From a virus (Duplodnaviria > Caudoviricetes), in IMG/VR virus record IMGVR_UViG_3300036774_000039, positions 1-61,028 of that record: a stretch of DNA of 61,028 bases; one strand, written 5' to 3'. The position numbers and the translations under genes are program-made. Under the pieces are notes generated by a model. The model searched no databases. It was given only the letters and a program-made list of their open reading frames with translations, and was not told where the DNA came from. This document shows positions 16,726 to 24,386 of the stretch, piece after piece (positions within the stretch are counted from its first letter, which is position 1; every line of letters begins with the position of its first letter).

Positions 16726-17238
16726 GTGATGAACTCAAGAGATATTCTTTGCGGTGGGGGATATAAGTGTTCTGTCTGTGGTAGATACATTAGAACAACT
16801 ATCCCGTGTCCTTATTGCGAAGAGGAACGCTTAAAAAAGGAGGGAGGGATAATGGAAGCACCAGAGATTCCCGCAGACCGAGAAGTGACCGGAGAGGTAT
16901 TTCTTGGTAAGGCGTGGCTACACATCAAATCCAACATGATAATGGTGACTACGGCCCATCCAGATGAGGAACATAACTGCGACCAAATGGGATGTTCGAG
17001 TCTGGGAGAGCACGTTATCGCCTGGGCGTATCCTCCTGCGAGATTTCCCCGATGGGTCAGCGTGAAGGAGAGATTGCCGGAGAAGGAGGGGATGTACCTT
17101 GTTATCCTCGAAAGCGACATGAAAGACCGCGATTACTCTCTCGCGTACTTCGATCAGGGATGGGTCAAAGAGAGGAACTGGAAACTCACTCACTGGCTCT
17201 CCAACGTCCTCGAACTCCCAAAGGAGGATAGGCCATGA
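16726..17238 (+). CDS. Zinc-ribbon plus DUF551-like protein
   Basis: CSVC/CPYC at the N-terminus; RWVSVKERLPEKEGMYLV...LTHW at the C-terminus. Confidence 0.7.
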   Translation: MMNSRDILCGGGYKCSVCGRYIRTTIPCPYCEEERLKKEGGIMEAPEIPADREVTGEVFLGKAWLHIKSNMIMVTTAHPDEEHNCDQMGCSSLGEHVIAWAYPPARFPRWVSVKERLPEKEGMYLVILESDMKDRDYSLAYFDQGWVKERNWKLTHWLSNVLELPKEDRP

Positions 17239-17411
17239 ACGAGCTACCAAATTGGATTTGCGAGAAGTCCCCGGTGGGATTACATACTCTCGAACGTCGG
17301 GGGATAAAGATTCAACAGATTGACCCGAACTCATCTGCGCTGAAATACATAACCGTATCGGAGCGTTTCGTCTATCGCTGTGTACTTTGCGGAAAGGAAT
17401 TCGAGCCATGA
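17235..17411 (+). CDS. Small zinc-binding protein (not in ORF track)
   Basis: GGAGG RBS and ATGA coupling; MNELPNWICEKSPVGLH...CVLCGKEFEP. Confidence 0.6.
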   Translation: MNELPNWICEKSPVGLHTLERRGIKIQQIDPNSSALKYITVSERFVYRCVLCGKEFEP

Positions 17412-17548
17412 ACACCCCCGACAAAATCTACTGCTCATTCGGAGAGAAAGACGGTGTTCAGGTCATCCACGCCTACGACAGACCCGCCAATGAATATCCG
17501 GGAGCATTGGTTGAATACGTCCTCCCATTCCCGGAGAGTGACCAATGA
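17408..17548 (+). CDS. Small hypothetical protein (not in ORF track)
   Basis: ATGA-coupled on both sides; MNTPDKIY...VEYV. Confidence 0.55.
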   Translation: MNTPDKIYCSFGEKDGVQVIHAYDRPANEYPGALVEYVLPFPESDQ

Positions 17549-17793
17549 ACAAACCAGAACGCGCGTTGACGCTAACTCTCGCAATCCAGGGCGATACTCT
17601 CGAAGAGATTGAGAGTGCGCTCGACCATATACTCTTCGAGGCGCGAACGGGAGAGTACACCAAGCAGACAATTAGCGGTGGCGTAGGATGGGGCGGATGG
17701 TGGGAGTGGAAAACGAAGGAAATCACGCACGAACAATATGTAGCCGAACTCAATGATTATTTGATGAAAGAAAAATCCACGGAGCTACCATGA
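17545..17793 (+). CDS. Hypothetical protein
   Basis: Coupled ORF in operon. Confidence 0.65.
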   Translation: MNKPERALTLTLAIQGDTLEEIESALDHILFEARTGEYTKQTISGGVGWGGWWEWKTKEITHEQYVAELNDYLMKEKSTELP

Positions 17794-18026
17794 CCCCCAA
17801 GACAAAAGGGAAGGTGAGGACGTTCAAAGGATTTTCGGCTACTCTGGATGTGCTATGCTGGGACGATAACGATATTAACTGCCTGACAACAGGGCATCCC
17901 GCCGAGTTTGGCTCATCCTGTACCTGTCCAACGGACTTCATCACCGACAAACCTTACGACGCGACGAAGTACCGCATCACCGTCACCGTCGTCTCTGAAC
18001 GCATCGAAAAAAGGAGGACAAAGTGA
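17790..18026 (+). CDS. Hypothetical protein
   Basis: Coupled ORF in operon. Confidence 0.6.
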   Translation: MTPKTKGKVRTFKGFSATLDVLCWDDNDINCLTTGHPAEFGSSCTCPTDFITDKPYDATKYRITVTVVSERIEKRRTK

Positions 18027-18601
18027 ACGCAGACGAACTTAGGAAACAGTTTGAGGCGGAAACGGGGAAAGACTGGCGAACTTGTGGAGTTGATTATTGG
18101 CATTGGCTCGAATCCCGCCTCATTGAAGCAGAGGGAAAGTACAACGAGCAATTTTCGCGGCGAGTTGGTGAGATAACAAAAATGTATGATGATGCAGAAG
18201 CACAGAGGAAAATTGGAGTTAAAGAGGGGAAGGAACTCCGCTCCGAACTGTCTTCACTCCGAGAGGGGAGAGAGAAGGAGTATGAGGTATTTGTGTTCTG
18301 GCTTGGAGTGAACGGCTACCTTACAGCACGACCATTGCCCAAGAAGATTGTGTCTGATTTTCTCCACCGCCAATCAGAAGAAGAGACCAAGTATGATGCC
18401 CTGAAAAGGGATTCTGACAAATGGATAGCCAAAGACGGGGAAACGATCAGGATGCTCGCCGTGGACAGATTCGAGGAATTGAGGGAGGCATTTGAGGCAG
18501 GAAGTCGCGGATGGTTCACAATATCGCCGAACGAAACAGTTTACACGGATTCGTCAGGTGATTATCTCGCCGCCTTTCTCAAGAGCAAGAAGGAGAAATG
18601 A
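18023..18601 (+). CDS. Hypothetical protein (WLESRL paralog family)
   Basis: AGGAGG RBS; shares N- and C-terminal motifs with 18598..19029. Confidence 0.7.
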   Translation: MNADELRKQFEAETGKDWRTCGVDYWHWLESRLIEAEGKYNEQFSRRVGEITKMYDDAEAQRKIGVKEGKELRSELSSLREGREKEYEVFVFWLGVNGYLTARPLPKKIVSDFLHRQSEEETKYDALKRDSDKWIAKDGETIRMLAVDRFEELREAFEAGSRGWFTISPNETVYTDSSGDYLAAFLKSKKEK

Positions 18602-19029
18602 CCATGGATGCGAACGAACTGAGGAAACAATACGAGCAAGACACACTGTTGAATGTCACGGGTGGGCCGCCAACCTCCCAAGAATGGCTCGAATCCCGCC
18701 TCCTCTCTCTCGAATCAAAGCACGCCGAGGAGATGAGGAACGAAATCGACCAAGCCAAGGATGAGCTTAACTGGACGCTCTGCAAATGCGTGGACGCTTT
18801 CTATGGTGTCCCGAAAAGTAGCATCACAGGAAAGGATTTCCGCGACCTTCCCGAACAAATTGCCAGTCTCCGTTCCCGCCTCACCGCCCTTGAATCAGAG
18901 AGGGAGAAGGAGTTGAGGGAAGCGATTGCGTTCGGACGAGATTGGGAGATATACGCACCGCACGATAGAATAGCGGATACCGACGAAGAAGTGTTCGCCG
19001 CCTTCCTCAAGACCAAGGAGGGAAAGTGA
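18598..19029 (+). CDS. Hypothetical protein (WLESRL paralog family)
   Basis: Tandem paralog of 18023..18601. Confidence 0.7.
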   Translation: MTMDANELRKQYEQDTLLNVTGGPPTSQEWLESRLLSLESKHAEEMRNEIDQAKDELNWTLCKCVDAFYGVPKSSITGKDFRDLPEQIASLRSRLTALESEREKELREAIAFGRDWEIYAPHDRIADTDEEVFAAFLKTKEGK

Positions 19030-19358
19030 CGTATCGGGCGATCGACACCACCCCCAAGTCGAGGGAAAAATACGACCACGAACGCTATCGTCGGCAACAT
19101 CCAGAGCCGGCTAAGAACCAGATTGGAATTCCGACCGGCACCGTGAAAGACTACGTCTTCAGCCGGCTACATATCGGAGGCACCGCCCTGGAGATTGCCG
19201 GTGAGATCGTCCAGAAATTCCCCAAGAAGAACCTCGATACCGAGTCGATGCGTTCCAGGGTAATGCAGTACGTCAGCGAATTTCGCGTCAAATACTCCCT
19301 GCCGATCCTCTCTATCGGCTCAGGGAAAAACACCATCTACAAACTGAGGAAGCCATGA
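19026..19358 (+). CDS. Putative winged-helix DNA-binding protein
   Basis: GGTALEIAGEI...SMRSRVMQYVSEFR...YKL. Confidence 0.55.
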   Translation: MTYRAIDTTPKSREKYDHERYRRQHPEPAKNQIGIPTGTVKDYVFSRLHIGGTALEIAGEIVQKFPKKNLDTESMRSRVMQYVSEFRVKYSLPILSIGSGKNTIYKLRKP

Positions 19359-19609
19359 AATGTAAGTATTGCCCCCAGGAGATCGACTGGAAGCCCACGG
19401 TACGAGGGAAGAATATGTGTGTCGAGGCCCATCCCTACATCCGAGACGGATCAGAACCGCCCCGCAAAGGGACGTACATCGACGAGACTGGCGTGACGTA
19501 TCGGGAGACGCAAGTCCCCTGCAAGGTAAACGTCTGGCGCTGCCACTGGTCCGACTGTCCCGGTTCTGAGGAGGCGAGGAAGCAAAAAGCCCCGCCGAAG
19601 CGGGGCTAG
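19355..19609 (+). CDS. Small zinc-binding protein
   Basis: CKYC..IDW...CHWSDCP. Confidence 0.7.
   Translation: MKCKYCPQEIDWKPTVRGKNMCVEAHPYIRDGSEPPRKGTYIDETGVTYRETQVPCKVNVWRCHWSDCPGSEEARKQKAPPKRG
19584..19607 (-). terminator. Intrinsic terminator of the leftward operon
   Basis: Minus strand AGCCCCGC-TTCG-GCGGGGCT-TTTT. Confidence 0.8.
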
Positions 19610-19700
19610 TTAAACAGCCTATGTAGGAGTCGGAGGAGAATCAGGAGCCCTGCGAGTAGTGCAACCCAGACTACTGCAGGGCTCCGGCGCTTTCGTCGCC

Positions 19701-19955
19701 TCAATCGGCCTCCAGGGTAAAAGATTCCAGAGGATCGGTCATTTCATCGCCATTGATGAAAGCCTCGACTGAGACATTCCCTCGATCATCCTTCAGGATA
19801 TAGATAACGAAGTCCCCCGCTTCGATCCAACATGAGGTCCCGTTGAGGATGAAGTCGCTCCCCGAGTCGTTGTCGGCCTCTTCGAGAACCGGCAGGTCTG
19901 CAGTATGCCGTAGCATCGTCATTCTCCTTTCGCTTTGGTGTGTGTGTGGATTCAT
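19701..19955 (-). CDS. Acidic hypothetical protein (start may be 19923)
   Basis: Last gene of the leftward operon; AAGGAG precedes the internal ATG. Confidence 0.65.
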   Translation of the reverse strand: MNPHTHQSERRMTMLRHTADLPVLEEADNDSGSDFILNGTSCWIEAGDFVIYILKDDRGNVSVEAFINGDEMTDPLESFTLEAD

Positions 19956-19964
19956 AGCCTCCTC

Positions 19965-20408
19965 CTACCTTGATTTGTAAAGAGCCCGAACGGATTTGTA
20001 CTGCCTCTCAGCGCCACCGCCCCCTGAAGAGTCCCGGCGAGCTATCTCCAGGTGGATGGGCATCCACCCCGTCGACTTGCCGACGATAAACCGCCGCGTC
20101 TCCCCGTATGTTGTCACAACCTCAACCCTCCACCCTTCCAGGCTGACTAGATAGGGGGAGAGGCCGACCGCACTCCTCCACCCCGTCTCGACGTTCTTTT
20201 GCCTCCCGAAAACGTGCAAGTCCTCATTGAAGTTATACGCCTTCATCGTCCCCTTGCGGATTCCCCGAGGGATTGGTTTCCCGAGCTCGGCAGCGAGCCC
20301 CCGCATTTCTCTGTCCAGATTATCGAAGCCATAGCAGGACCACCCCGAGCCGGTCGGAATCACGAAGAGTCGATCCTTTCGGTTTATCTTCACGCCGTTG
20401 TTTTTCAT
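19965..20408 (-). CDS. Phage hypothetical protein
   Basis: ATGA-coupled; LEGWRVEV...RRFIVGKSTGWMPIHLEI...SSGG. Confidence 0.75.
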   Translation of the reverse strand: MKNNGVKINRKDRLFVIPTGSGWSCYGFDNLDREMRGLAAELGKPIPRGIRKGTMKAYNFNEDLHVFGRQKNVETGWRSAVGLSPYLVSLEGWRVEVVTTYGETRRFIVGKSTGWMPIHLEIARRDSSGGGGAERQYKSVRALYKSR

Positions 20409-20650
20409 ATCATCCCCGCAAGACAAAGAACGCTGGCGACCGAATGCGTCCCGCAAGCCTCACAGAGACCCCGAGACTGATCGGGCTCGACTTCCTGGGT
20501 ATAGTCACAGTCAGGGTTGATGCAGATACCGAGTACCACCGAGTCGAATACCGCCGCCTCGATTAACTCGTCTCGGGTTTGCCCCTCTATCTCCGCGAGT
20601 CGTTCGAGTTTCGACTGTTCCAGAGTGAAGACACCGCAGACGTTGAACAT
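20405..20650 (-). CDS. Small zinc-finger protein
   Basis: GGAGGT RBS; GICINPDC..EVEPDQ..CEACG..SVLCLAGMI. Confidence 0.75.
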   Translation of the reverse strand: MFNVCGVFTLEQSKLERLAEIEGQTRDELIEAAVFDSVVLGICINPDCDYTQEVEPDQSRGLCEACGTHSVASVLCLAGMI

Positions 20651-20669
20651 ATTACCTCCCGTAATTATG

Positions 20670-20728
20670 AGCCTCATCAGTACCGGCATCTACCGGCAGA
20701 CCGGAGCCCCGAGGCCCCGGTTTCGGCT
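20670..20728 (-). ncRNA. Hammerhead ribozyme, type II (HHR-B)
   Basis: Minus strand AGCC-GAA-ACCGGGGCC(TCGG)GGCTCCGGT-C^TGCCGG(TAGATG)CCGGTA-CTGATGA-GGCT. Full core and all three stems; predicted cut at 20699/20698. Confidence 0.92.
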
Positions 20729-20904
20729 TAGGGCCGTATGTAGGCGTTGACACCGACCGTAACGGGTTTACCGTTGATTTGCGCGGTTGTCTCCTGGTTC
20801 CCATGACTGGAAGCCACGACGAGGGTTTTCCTCGAGGCGCTCGGCGCTGGGCTCTGCAGGTCCAGAACGATTGTCAGGCGCTTTCCATCGCTTGTAACAG
20901 TCAT
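20728..20904 (-). CDS. 58-aa protein bracketed by two hammerheads
   Basis: GGAGGT RBS; MTVTSDGKRLTIVLDL...SASRKTLVVASSHGN...VGVNAY. Confidence 0.8.
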   Translation of the reverse strand: MTVTSDGKRLTIVLDLQSPAPSASRKTLVVASSHGNQETTAQINGKPVTVGVNAYIRP

Positions 20905-20926
20905 AACTACCTCCCTTGTGTGTGTG

Positions 20927-20982
20927 AGTCTCATCAGTCCAAGCGTTCACTTGGAGACGGGGCAGAGCGCCCCGTTTCGACT
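20927..20982 (-). ncRNA. Hammerhead ribozyme, type II (HHR-A)
   Basis: Minus strand AGTC-GAA-ACGGGGC(GCTCT)GCCCCGT-C^TCCAAG(TGAACG)CTTGGA-CTGATGA-GACT. Predicted cut at 20956/20955. Confidence 0.92.
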
Positions 20983-21414
20983 TTATGCCTCTAGCAATTC
21001 GAGACGATGATCCACCCGAGGAAGACGAGCCCCAGGAAGAGTGCGAAAGACAGAAAGCCTAGTATTTCCTTTCGAGTGAGCGGTTCCACGGTGCCTCCTT
21101 TCAATCGGGATGTCTTTTGTCCACCCAGCATCGACGCAGAAAAGTAAAATCCAGTCAGCCACAAGGGAGCGCCTCCCGTCCCGTAACGAGCGAACAACCG
21201 CCAAATGACCCCCAGCCATACGGCCTAGAAACCCCTCGCGGTTCGTCCACGCCTCGACGATCCACGGTTCCCTGAATATCGCTGGCCCCCGGAAGCCTCC
21301 GAGCGGGCGTATTCCGTCCTGAATATAGACCACCTCACCGACCGGCACAGTCCCGCGCCGGTGAGGGGAGCCCGCAGCAAACCTCTGGGCGTAATATTGG
21401 TGTATCATATCCAC
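20983..21414 (-). CDS. Hypothetical protein
   Basis: Coupled to the upstream gene; PWIVEAW...GGHLAVVRSLRDGR. The 3' third overlaps the 32-aa peptide ORF. Confidence 0.6.
   Translation of the reverse strand: MDMIHQYYAQRFAAGSPHRRGTVPVGEVVYIQDGIRPLGGFRGPAIFREPWIVEAWTNREGFLGRMAGGHLAVVRSLRDGRRSLVADWILLFCVDAGWTKDIPIERRHRGTAHSKGNTRLSVFRTLPGARLPRVDHRLELLEA
20991..21089 (-). CDS. 32-aa membrane peptide
   Basis: AAAGGAGG before GTG 21089; MEPLTRKEILGFLSFALFLGLVFLGWIIVSNC. Confidence 0.55.
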   Translation of the reverse strand: MEPLTRKEILGFLSFALFLGLVFLGWIIVSNC

Positions 21415-21827
21415 GCCTGACGGAGTGCATACCCACCGTCCGAGTGCCGGCGACGCCGGTAGTCTGTCCCGTTGCTGTGGTCATTCGAGGGGCAGGAAGA
21501 GTGACGCGATCCATCACCGCGACCGGTGCAAATATGACCCTTAGGGAACATCCTGTAGGCAAGGTGATAAACGAGCTCGAAACCCATATCCGAGCCACAA
21601 CCGTGGATTACGATCCCATCCCCCTTGCAAATGTACCCGAGAACCCGCGAGGCATACCCCGAGAGATAGAGCGGGCCATCTGCGGTGAGTTTGTAAAGGT
21701 CGATCCTCCGAGACATCCCCGAGGCCGAGACGTGACGCAGTACCGTGTATACCGTATCGCCCGGTTTTAGGAACTTGTGGAGCATTTCCAGGGCGTGTGC
21801 GGTTTCCTCTTTCGTGGATCGTGGCAT
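21405..21827 (-). CDS. Phage hypothetical protein
   Basis: AGGAGGT RBS; LKPGDTVYTVLRHVSASGMSRRI...GCGSDMGFELVY. Confidence 0.75.
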   Translation of the reverse strand: MPRSTKEETAHALEMLHKFLKPGDTVYTVLRHVSASGMSRRIDLYKLTADGPLYLSGYASRVLGYICKGDGIVIHGCGSDMGFELVYHLAYRMFPKGHICTGRGDGSRHSSCPSNDHSNGTDYRRRRHSDGGYALRQAWI

Positions 21828-21835
21828 ATTACCTC

Positions 21836-22246
21836 CTATTGGTTAGAATATTTCGGATCGGTGGTAAGATGAAAAGTCTGTTTACGGTAACTCTCCAGCA
21901 TCCAAAGGCAACGCTTAACCGCCTCGCTCGCCTTATCGGTTTGAAAAAGTAGTGTGACGCTGTGGGAGGTGTCGGGGTCGATTTCAAAATTGATGCAGAA
22001 GCGCGGGAACGTCTCCCCCATTTCACGTTGATAGGCGTTCGGATGCTCGACCCACAGAGTCAGGACTGCAGAGTGCGCGGGGTCTGAAAACGTGGGAACG
22101 CTCGCCGAGAAACTCGGACAGGCGTTATTGTGCCAAGATTCGTCCTGCAGGACTCCATCAGAGACGAGACGGAGAATTGAGGAGGGAACGCGGTACGCTT
22201 TCCCGAATTCGCGTACCCAGAGAGGTTCAACAGTTCCGGTTGTCAT
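21836..22246 (-). CDS. Hypothetical protein (SWHNNACPSF motif)
   Basis: ATGA-coupled; DESWHNNACPSF...LWVEH...RE...RF. Confidence 0.7.
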   Translation of the reverse strand: MTTGTVEPLWVREFGKAYRVPSSILRLVSDGVLQDESWHNNACPSFSASVPTFSDPAHSAVLTLWVEHPNAYQREMGETFPRFCINFEIDPDTSHSVTLLFQTDKASEAVKRCLWMLESYRKQTFHLTTDPKYSNQ

Positions 22247-22533
22247 ACGCGCCCCCCGTCTTCGTCGGAATCGCTGAGGATCAGCACCGCGCCATTTTCG
22301 CACGTTGTAGGAAGGCCGAACGCGGGGGAGGAGGAGAAGAAAGAGAACGCGCCCCCGTCCGTCTCGACATAGACTGTTCCGTCTAACCGCTCCGCGATTT
22401 CATCGAAGGTACGGAGCCACCGCGAGACCGTGAGAACGTCTACAGGTTCCAGTCCCGAGGGATCGCCGTTGATAAGGTACGGAAGCGCCCATTCAGGGAT
22501 GTTGAGATCGTCGAAGCGCTGAGAGATTTTCAC
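22243..22533 (-). CDS. Phage hypothetical protein
   Basis: GTG start after AAAGGG; IPEWALPYLINGDPSGLE...FSSSPAFGLPTTC. Confidence 0.7.
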   Translation of the reverse strand: MKISQRFDDLNIPEWALPYLINGDPSGLEPVDVLTVSRWLRTFDEIAERLDGTVYVETDGGAFSFFSSSPAFGLPTTCENGAVLILSDSDEDGGRV

Positions 22534-22567
22534 CGTGAAGCCCTTTCTTGTTGTGGTTGAGGTTGAG

Positions 22568-22610
22568 GAGGGAGGAGGGGAGTCGAACCCCTCAGAGACC
22601 ACGCTCCCCC
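22568..22610 (-). ncRNA. tRNA-like minihelix (acceptor stem plus T-arm only)
   Basis: Intergenic; minus strand GGGGGAG-CGTGGTCTCT-GAGGGG-TTCGACT-CCCCTC-CTCCCTC. Confidence 0.55.
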
Positions 22611-22615
22611 GAGAA

Positions 22616-22954
22616 TCAATTAGCGCTGCAAGGAGTCCCGCGTTCCTGCGCTTCAATCGCCCGAACACGCTGAAGAACTTCGGCCTTAAATTCCTGTTTC
22701 TTGTACGCCAATTCGTGCGCGACGTTGACCGGAGCATGATAATTGACCCTGACATATACGGCAACGCGCCGAGCATCAGCGAGACGGAGAGAACCGCCCC
22801 AGCCGTAGGACTTCCCCGCCTTGGGTTTCCGTCCCTTGAAATCCAGATGGACAGTACGCTTAGAATTGTGGTTGACGATCCACCGAAGAAGACGAGCGAC
22901 CGGAAGGGGATAGACCCCGAGGCAATAGGCCGACCAATCACGAGAATGTGTCAT
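22616..22954 (-). CDS. Basic hypothetical protein
   Basis: GGAGGA RBS; contains VAHELAY, a near-HExxH motif. Confidence 0.65.
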   Translation of the reverse strand: MTHSRDWSAYCLGVYPLPVARLLRWIVNHNSKRTVHLDFKGRKPKAGKSYGWGGSLRLADARRVAVYVRVNYHAPVNVAHELAYKKQEFKAEVLQRVRAIEAQERGTPCSAN

Positions 22955-22956
22955 TG

Positions 22957-23134
22957 TTATTCCTCCACGGTTAGAGTATAAGAGCCCACCTTGTTTCCGT
23001 TGCTATCAACAATCTTTCCCCGAGGTTTGGCCCTCGGAGACTTTCACCGCGACAATGTGGAGAAGATGCGCGACCTCGGAGAACGGCTCAGGCTGGAACG
23101 CATCATTGTCAATCTTGAACGCGAGTGTGAACAT
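22957..23134 (-). CDS. First gene of the leftward operon, interrupted by a 1-nt frame change
   Basis: Frame 0 gives MFTLAFKIDNDAF...TSGK then stops at 23006. The +1 frame continues IVDSNGNKVGSYTLTVEE to a stop abutting the next gene. Confidence 0.6.
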
Positions 23135-23174
23135 ATAACCCTCCCTGTGGTTGTGTGCTTCCTTGTGTGCCTGT

Positions 23175-23203
23175 AATATATAGGGAGGTATGCCCGTTGT
23201 CAA
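23175..23203 (-). promoter_or_regulatory. Sigma70-type promoter of the leftward operon
   Basis: Minus strand TTGACA-17 nt-TATATT in the CCTATTGACAA context. Confidence 0.8.
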
Positions 23204-23398
23204 TAGGGAAGAGAAGAAAAAAGCGCCGAAGATAGAGCGGAAAGGCAAGATTGCTGCCGAACGCGCAACGCTGGAAAAGCAAGGAAAGACGCGGGAGAAA
23301 TGGAGAGATTCAACCCTCGAAATTGAGCGGGAAACACAAACCAGGTTACCCGAGAAAAACCCCTTGACATTGAACGGAATTCCCCGCAAATTCGACGC

Positions 23399-24067
23399 AT
23401 GGACGCCAAGAATCCACCCCTTGAAAACCCCGAGAAACCCCCCCGAGCTCTCCCCTACGCTCTGCCCTTAGAAGCCCCCGACAAATCAGGAAAGGGAAAA
23501 AAAGGAGGGAGACCTCGGAACCTCCTCCCCGAAGCGCCAGATGTCCGAACACTTGAACGCTACGCCTCTGCAGGATTAAGCGAAGAGCAACTGTGTTATA
23601 TGCTGGACATCGACAAGAAAACCCTGCAACGGTGGAAGAGGTTAGCGAGTGTCAAGAAGGCCCTTCGAGAAGGGAAGGCTAACGCGGTGACACACGTCGA
23701 GTCAAGCCTGTATTTATGCTGTGTTGGCTACTGGCACGAGGGGCAACGCATAGACCGCGCCGGGAATGTTGTCAGCATTAAGCAATACGAGCCCCCAGAC
23801 GTTCCCGCCATTCAGTTTTACCTTGCAAACCGCGACCCTGAAAACTGGAAACTGAAGACGAGCCTTGAAGCCTCGGGCACGTCCCGCGTTGAATTCGTGG
23901 GCATCCCCGAGGGACACAAGGAACGAAAGGCCCTTGCAGACGAGATCCGCAAGCGCCTTCTGCAGAACGCTGGGACGGACGGGGCTTCCTTGGCTCTGGA
24001 CGGTGGACGAATAGCACCGGCAGAAGGGGCGAAAATGGGCCCGAACGGGGAAGAGGTGAAAGAGTGA
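23399..24067 (+). CDS. Putative terminase small subunit (HTH)
   Basis: GGRP...GLSEEQLCYMLDIDKKTLQRW...ALREGK...VESSLY...PPDVPAIQFYLANRDPENW. Confidence 0.75.
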   Translation: MDAKNPPLENPEKPPRALPYALPLEAPDKSGKGKKGGRPRNLLPEAPDVRTLERYASAGLSEEQLCYMLDIDKKTLQRWKRLASVKKALREGKANAVTHVESSLYLCCVGYWHEGQRIDRAGNVVSIKQYEPPDVPAIQFYLANRDPENWKLKTSLEASGTSRVEFVGIPEGHKERKALADEIRKRLLQNAGTDGASLALDGGRIAPAEGAKMGPNGEEVKE

Positions 24068-24386
24068 AACCGCGAATCCAGAGCGCCAATAGCGAAAAAG
24101 ACGGGAAAACAGTTTCGACGCGCAGACCCCTATCACCTCACCACCCTGCAGATCCTTCAGGCTCCCGAGGCCCAGCCGGTCGACGGACGGACGCGCGGAA
24201 CCGGCGCGGGGCGCTCCCGGCCCCGAGGGGGGGCCCCAAAGGGAAACGCGAAAGCCGTTTCGCGCCGAGGTCTCCCCTTCAGAATCAGGAGTCCCTTCCG
24301 GTGTCAGTCTCCCGGGATGGGTATTCCCGAGGGGTAGTGATTTCTGACCGCAAAAAAAATCTGGGACAAAATCTGCGGGGTGAGAG

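Noticed and set aside
19640-19700. Third hammerhead (CGAAA and CTGAT on the minus strand)
   Set aside because: The core reads CTGATTC rather than CTGANGA, and the stems do not form the three-way junction.
22568-22610. Functional tRNA gene
   Set aside because: It has no D arm, anticodon arm or CCA; kept only as a tRNA-like element.
23364-23395. TTGACA upstream of terS as a promoter
   Set aside because: There is no acceptable -10 hexamer at 16-18 nt.
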